A stretch of DNA of 59,213 nucleotides, filler included, from Platydemus manokwari (Eukaryota): assembly GCA_037951405.1 (NCBI GenBank). It is 5 parts of 5 records of this genome, joined end to end, with 100 filler letters (N's around TTAATTAATTAA, not from the genome) between each part and the next. Parts side by side here need not be neighbours in the genome. Positions count along the whole stretch, not along the records: positions 47,230 to 59,213 come from JBBMOY010361112.1; 4 more parts are not named here. The stretch is one strand, 5' to 3'. Positions 52,196 through 59,213 of this stretch are shown here, piece after piece. The translations under genes were made by a program, and so were the position numbers. Under the pieces are notes generated by a model. The model worked only from the letters and a program-made list of their open reading frames with translations. It was not told the origin of the DNA and made no database searches. Positions within the stretch are counted from its first letter, which is position 1. Each line of letters begins with the position of its first letter.

Positions 52196-54047
52196 ATGGA
52201 TATGGTAGAGAATTTATGAATTATTATGCCATTTAATTATCTTTCATGTTTAGAATCAATACGCTCAATCGGGATTCTATAATTCCGAATATCCTACCAA
52301 TGAACGAGATCTAACCGTTAATGCCGTGAAGAATCCAGTAGAAAATGATAACATACATAAACTACTCAACTTCAAGCCATCCGGAAAACAAATGGAATGT
52401 ATAGTAATTATGCTTGATGGATCTGAAAAGATTTTCTCTCTTGATGTAAGCGATTATTTGACAATTGATAAAAGGAAAACTTTCAATATTTTTATAGAGA
52501 TCTTCATATGGACAACAATTATTTGAAATTATTCTGGAATATCTAGGAATTAATGAACGAGAATATTTCGGAATCACTTACAAAGATGGCAATAAAGATA
52601 AAGTAATTTAGACGATTATTTCTAATAATTGAAATGATATTCATGTTTTTCTAGCATTGGTTGGAATGCGCAATAAAAATCTCGAATCAAATGAAAAGTA
52701 AGTTCTCGTTTTGAAACATTTAAATACACCCCCATTAGGAGAAATTATAATCGGGAAAATTTGAAACTATCAATTTTTCTGCCCTACTTATTATTTTATA
52801 AATTTGGTCGCACATGTATTTCCGTAAATTTATAATAAAATCGATTTAAATTAATCAATTATCGTACAAATAATTTAAATTATAAAATCCGGAATATTTA
52901 ATCGATTTTCTTTATTTAGATAAACAAATGGTATTCGAATTTCAAGTAAAATATTATCCACCGGAAATTGGAATGGTAAAGACAAACATTACCAAATATT
53001 ATCTCGCTCTACAAATCAGACAAGACATTTGTTGTGGAAAGTATGTTCATGTTTTATAAATGAAATCTATGCTTGATTATTATTTCACAGGTTGCCGTGT
53101 TCATATTACGTTTACTTGACTCTAGCTGCTTATTTTATTCAATCTGATGTCGGAGATTACTACTATGAAATTCATAACGATATCGATTATATTAAAGCTT
53201 GTTCCGTTGCTCCATTTAAAATACAAACACCAACATTTATGGAAGAGTTGATGGAATGGCACAAATTGCATCAGTAAGTCATTAACAGTGAAATGTAATT
53301 TTCATTGATAAATTAATTGCAGAGGCTTAACGGCAGAAGAAGCGGACGAATGTTTACTGGAAAATGCAACCAAAATGGCATTGTATGGATTTGATTTTCA
53401 TCAAATGAAGGTAAAATGATATTGATTTACATAATGATATCAATAATTGAATCGAATAATTCTAGAACACGGATGCAGAAGACGTTGTAATGGGAGTCAA
53501 TCATGCCGGTATCGTGATTTTCAATCAGAAATGTCGAATGTTCAAATTCGCTTGGTATCGACTGATAAGAGTGAAGTACAGAGAAAAGAAATTAATTATC
53601 ACAATTCGAGGACTGAATGAATTCGATCCAAACAAAAAATTAAAATTTAAATGTGTATCGGTAAATCTTGCAGAAAGAGCATATAAAGCTGTTATTGATC
53701 ATCATTTTTTCTTCCGACGAACCGGGTTTAACAATCGTTTAAAAGAATTCAAAGAGAGAAAATTACAAGAAATCGATTATCGAAAGAAAAAACAATTATT
53801 AAAAAGGAATACATCCAGCGGAAATGATTCGAAAGCAATTTCTGCTATGACATCATTGGAAATAAGAGATAAACTATTGGATACAGTTAGAAAAGATTCA
53901 ACGAAACAGATTGTTAATCAAAACAATCATATCGATAAATCGCCAACATTGAAAGAACCCAAACCAAATCAAATAAACAACAGCGAACACAAAGTTTCAA
54001 GATTATTACAGTCGATAGAAAACTCCAGAAATCATTTAGCCAAATAA
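52196..54047 (+). CDS. Band 4.1 / coracle-like FERM-domain protein, 8 exons
   Basis: Exons 52196-52204 (tentative), 52254-52445, 52498-52602, 52655-52697, 52920-53040, 53091-53273, 53323-53410, 53466-54047 splice in frame. Motifs: CIVIMLDG, GQQLF, EREYFGI, HWLE, FQVKYYPP, TKYYLALQIRQDI..GKLPCS, IQSDVGDY, LENA.KMALYG, GVNHAGI, FAW, DHHFFFR. Poly(A) signal near 54102. Confidence 0.92.
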
Positions 54048-57000
54048 TTTTTTACCATTAAATTTCAATCTAACTTGTTATAGATGAAGATGCATTTGTT
54101 GAATAAAAATTAGCACAATTTTATTTATAAATTAAAATGATTTAAAAAATTATTGAAATAAAAATTTAATTGTGTTACACTTCGAAAAATCGTTTATATT
54201 TCAATTCTGGTTATGTTTACTTTTAATAATTAAAACAACAATCCAATAGTGTGGTTTCAATTTCGATTTGAATGACTATATTCAACAATCTTTCCAATTT
54301 ATTTTTCCTTCCAGTAGATTTTGTATTAATAAAATGAAAATCATACAATTAACTATGTTTTACTCGAGCCCAATATTCCAGGTTTCCAGTTCTATTGGAT
54401 AATAATCTGTAACTATAAATAATCCCAAAAAATGAATCTCTTTAGAATTTTAATTCAAGTATACTCGAACTATCATACACATCTATATAAAAATAAATGG
54501 GAAACGAGATGATTTTCAAATAATCTAGTTCAGCGGCCATACCAGCATCTTATTGATAGACACATACCAACATTTAATATTCAAATTTATAATAATGAAT
54601 CTCAGTTTCAAATTAAGTCGTCAATGTTTACGCATAAAAAGCAAAGTTTATTAACAATTCATATCGGAATCAGCACTCGAAAGATAAGACAACGACAGAA
54701 ATTAACGACTGTAAAAGACTGGTCGTCGGAATAATTACTTAAAGAATTATGATAGTTATCGATTATTTACGACTAGCGGCTGCTCTCAAGTGTGTTTACC
54801 TGCTGCCTTGTAGACTTGCTTTTTAATCCCTTAGATCCATTACAAACTAGTTAACTACCAAATTTTCTTTTATCTATCATGTCATTGGTGTTAGTCGGTG
54901 TTATGTTCTTCATTATGCTTAATATGTTTTGTTTTGAGATCAATTCTTATTCTTAATTAAAGCCATAGATTGAGTTTTCATAAAAATTCTTGTTTAAACT
55001 TTGCTTTTACAAGGTATTGATTTTTTCTATCTTTCAAGTCTCATTTGCAAAGGATTTTTGCAAAGCCAACTTGCACATTAAACAAAAAACCAAATTTTTA
55101 ATTTATTATCTTAACATTTAATTTTATCTTGAAGTTTCATATTAACAAACATTTCTTCATCTTTGCAGATTGAGTCAAATGAACTGAGAGAAACATATTA
55201 CCAATGTGCTGAAGAACAGCTTTTAAACAATTCTTAAAAGAATTTATAAATAATCGTCGCTGTTCAGTTCGATATCCACGATTAAAAAATTTTATAACAG
55301 ATTCAAAGTAATCAAATGGAAAGTATTTTATAAAATCCTCAAATCTACTTCAATAGATCAAGAGAACATATGCATCTTTTTAAGCAGATTCCATTCTTTT
55401 AACTATACTCCATTAGTTTTTACTACTTCATAATTTTCAATTCTCATTGAGATTATTTTCTAAACTTAATTATAGCTCTAAAAAATGAAACCACTCCATT
55501 GAAATTCGAATTATCCAACTATTTCAATTCTTTGTCGTTATCTTTGTCGTCCAGTATTGCAATATTGAATTGATAGATTGAAGTGACAGCTGTCATCTCA
55601 AGGCTGATGTCAGATTTCGATTTCACGGTGTAGTCCATAATTGTTTCTAATTCAAAAATAGCAGCCAACAGCATAATCTTTTGGCTATTTTCCCATCTTG
55701 AAAACTGTAAAAATACATGTGCAAAGGATGAGCTTATCATCCAGTGAGTGGTCGGAAACATATTGCATATTAAAAGTAAGGACTCCAAGTTTTGTCTTGA
55801 TCTTCAATTATGCATTCAAATCACGATTCATAGTACTTCTTATTCAACAAATTAGTTAGCGCGTTTTCCAATAGAATTAATTAAAAGTAATTTTTTCACT
55901 TGTTTGAATATTCGTGGTCTTAACATAAATGTTTGCTAACATAAAAGTTTTTGTTTTTTATATTATAAATCTTTTAACATTTTAAAATCACAATTACTTT
56001 GTACTTTGATCAGAATCGAAGGATGATAATCACAGTATCAGCTTATAAGCCTTGTTCATGATCTATGGTACACATTGGTTGGCTCTGGATTTTCACGGTG
56101 GCTTTCACTCAGATCTATCATAGCGTTTGCTTATTTTTATTAGTATATTTTATTTATATTTCGTATACCAGTTGTTGCATATTTTTTGTTGAAATTTCTT
56201 CAGAGGTGCCCATATATTGTAAAAATTATAACAAAATTTGTTGCCGTAACACACACGTACACATACATATATACCACATCGAAATTTAATAAATTATGCA
56301 TTAAATAAAATATCATTATCAAGTTTAAAATCCATCATTAATGCAAGCAAAATTAAAATTTTTCAGCTTCAATATCACTTTGAAAAATAATTTATTAATT
56401 ATAATATACAAATATTTGTTTTAATAAAATTAATTTTACTGGTTATTAAATTTAATGGGAAAGTAAATTAATAATTATTTTTAAAAAGCTAATTGAATAA
56501 ACAGATGTTTTAATTAACAATAAAAACCAATCATATTTATTCTTAAAAACTTCATAAATTAAAGAAAAAACTACTTTTAAACAAAAAAATTAATAAATAC
56601 TATCTGAATTTTTGATGAAAATTATCCATTTCTTTCAAAACGTGATGTTGCCATTTGATTGAGTTTATGCGATTATCATTTGTAGTTAATGATGATAAGG
56701 ATGTTTATTCGGATAAGATCAAAGCATCTGAATAATTTTCAAATAATATTTATTTTAAAAAATGCATGAATGATAATAAAATAAACGCATAAGTAAATTT
56801 ACACACAATATTTATTTTAAATATTTATAGTTTGATATTCAAGTCCAATCAATCAAGCTTTACCCGTTCAGCACAATTCAAATTTATGTAAAAATAAATG
56901 AAAATATGAAAGTAATAAAATTATATATTATACATCAGGATATTTTCCGATTATTATTGATTTTAGTCAACAGTTTCAAACAACAGATGATTATTTCTTT

Positions 57001-59213
57001 GATAGAATTATGAAAGTGATTCGTCTTGTTTGCAATCTTTGAATGCGTTACGAAAGTCTTGAATCATGGCCCAAAGAAATGTAAATATTCCGAAAATTAA
57101 TAATGATAAAAATCAGATCTCTCAGACTAATGAGCAATAATAAAAAATTAAACCTTGTGAGTCTGATTTCTTGATTCATAATTATTATAATTAGAGATTC
57201 CATTAGCAAAAAATATTTCTTTAATTTTAATTAGTAAGGCCTACCGATTATATCAACTATAATAACTACACTGGTCAATAAATTCAACAATCGCTACATT
57301 TCATATAAACATCTTATTTATTTATACATTGACGTTCTCATTTCTATTTCAAAACAAAAAGTATCAGCGTGGAAAATCTATATTCATTAATGACATTCAA
57401 AATTATTCGTGTGATATCAATATCGCACAAAACTGCAATTAAGAAGTCATTTCTGTAATTGGAAAATATGGCTGGTCTAGTAGAAAACAATAAATTATGT
57501 TTACTATCGTTATTTTATCTTCTTCGTTATTTGTTTCTCTAAATAACAGGTAATTATTGATCTCTTATTTACATATAGAAATTCTGCATCTTTCAATACA
57601 TTTCCATTCTAAATCACTGGATATGAATAAATAATTTTCAAATATAAATAAAATTATTTTATATTTATATTATTATCTGCAAGCAAAATGAATTTAATAA
57701 AGTTACTAAAGAGTCTGACAATAGATTAATAAGAAATCTAATTCCCTTCATATCATTACAATGTTAAATACAAAAACTTGTTCTATCTAGCATTTAAAGG
57801 CATTATATATTACTTGAAATTAGTTTTCACTGTTACTTTCTGCTCCTGTCAGATTTTTCCAAAGGGAATTGAATCACAGACAGAAAACAAAAAATTACGA
57901 AAATATTTTGTGACTCTTGTTATTAGATTAAAACCTTTTATTTATTATATAGATAATAGTTTATCATTTGAAACTCAAGGGCCACAGTTACTGAGTAAAT
58001 GAATAACAAAAAAATTTATTTGTGATTGATTGACGTAAGTGGGGATAATTATAAAAAATTATTGTTTTAATATCCATTATGTTTTGATCGCTTTGAAAAT
58101 GTTATCTCTGAATATAATTTCTATTCCACAGTTTCGCTAATGAGTAAGTGCTGCAGTCTAAGGATCTTGTAAATATAGTAAATTTCGATAGTTAAGTTGT
58201 GTGTGTTTCCGTTTTTAATAATTTATATTTCAAATTTCGGTTACACTTTACCTAAAATTATTTATTTATTGATAATAATAATGAAATAACAACTTGGTTA
58301 AATAGTAGAATAAATAAATAAAACAAATGACTCAAAATAATCAATACAACACGAAAAGACAGAATATTTAATTATTTGTTTATCCTTATTCGCATTATAT
58401 GAAAAACAGAATAGATGAAATATGGAATACCTAACCGATAGGAGATAGTTCACAGAGCGCGATTAAGCGTGAATTAAGCAATTAAATTTCCATTGTTCGG
58501 AATTTGAAATACAATGCCAATTTCGATTTCAGATGAGTGTTTATTCTATGCGAATTACTTCTGTCGTTTGATTGTGGTCTTGGAATATTTTAATACTAAA
58601 ATCATAATTGAAAATCACAAAAATTTACAGAAAACCAAATCACCAAACAGTCATGGTTTAAAGTAGTCTCAATAGTCAAATGAATTATCAGTACAAGACG
58701 GGATCAGCATCCGAAGGTTAGATAGTGACAAAGATAACAATCATAAAGACTACTTTGTAGAACAAATAAAAGCCACACAGATAAAAGTTATAGAATAAAA
58801 AAGACTGTCAGGTACTGATGAGATCCAACTTCTCTTTTTTGCTCATCATGCGTATTCACTCTATCCCTCAGTGCTTTACTTTTTATCAGATTTGTGAATC
58901 TTATCTATCTTGATTTTTAAATTCATTTAAAGAACATGAACTTCTTCCTGAATGGTTTGTGTGAAATCTTAACAAAATGTTTCATTGTATATATTACTCT
59001 CATTGTGGTCAATATGTATAAATTTTTTCAATTTATTTTCATTTCCTTTAAGTAATTAAATTTAAGCATTAAATTATTTATTTTTATTTGGATTGTAACC
59101 TTAGTCATCTTTTAAATAATTCATAACATTTTATGCCTTAAGTTAAGAAAAAGGGTCCTTTGACCCAATTTTAAAGTAATGACTTTTCGTGAGTTTTTTT
59201 ATATTAAAATTTA

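Noticed and set aside
54900-56300. Fragmentary minus-strand protein-like runs including the 89-aa ORF at 55519-55788
   Set aside because: No family motif and no consistent exon chain; left uncalled.
1-59213. CRISPR arrays, rRNA or tRNA genes, prokaryotic operons
   Set aside because: No repeat-spacer periodicity or structured-RNA signature seen by eye, and the DNA is intron-containing eukaryotic sequence. A covariance-model scan was not run.

Overview
Very AT-rich eukaryotic (metazoan) genomic DNA with many 45-60 nt GT-AG introns; a free-living flatworm is plausible but is an inference. The window is five contigs joined by four identical 100-nt artificial spacers (N44-TTAATTAATTAA-N44). Host genes: a four-exon divergent casein kinase 1, the last exon of a Tincar-like membrane protein, the three 3' exons of a TPTE/voltage-sensing-phosphatase C2 domain, and an eight-exon Band 4.1/FERM gene. 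Most of 20-52 kb is decayed mobile DNA: a non-LTR (R2/NeSL-type) retrotransposon, two Polinton/adintovirus-like ZnF-PLA2-integrase copies with divergent RING and Trp-repeat mini-genes, a nested Gypsy fragment with a tRNA-Arg PBS, and small DNA-transposon remnants. The main observation is three sequence-divergent Ty3/Gypsy elements on three different contigs that all carry a chuvirus-type (class III, gB-related) fusion glycoprotein UPSTREAM of the pol domains rather than downstream of integrase. The glycoprotein appears to be an internal part of a long reading frame. One copy also has 3' accessory ORFs: a second type-I membrane protein and a REX4/ISG20-like exonuclease. All homology calls come from manual translation and recalled family motifs, not from database searches.
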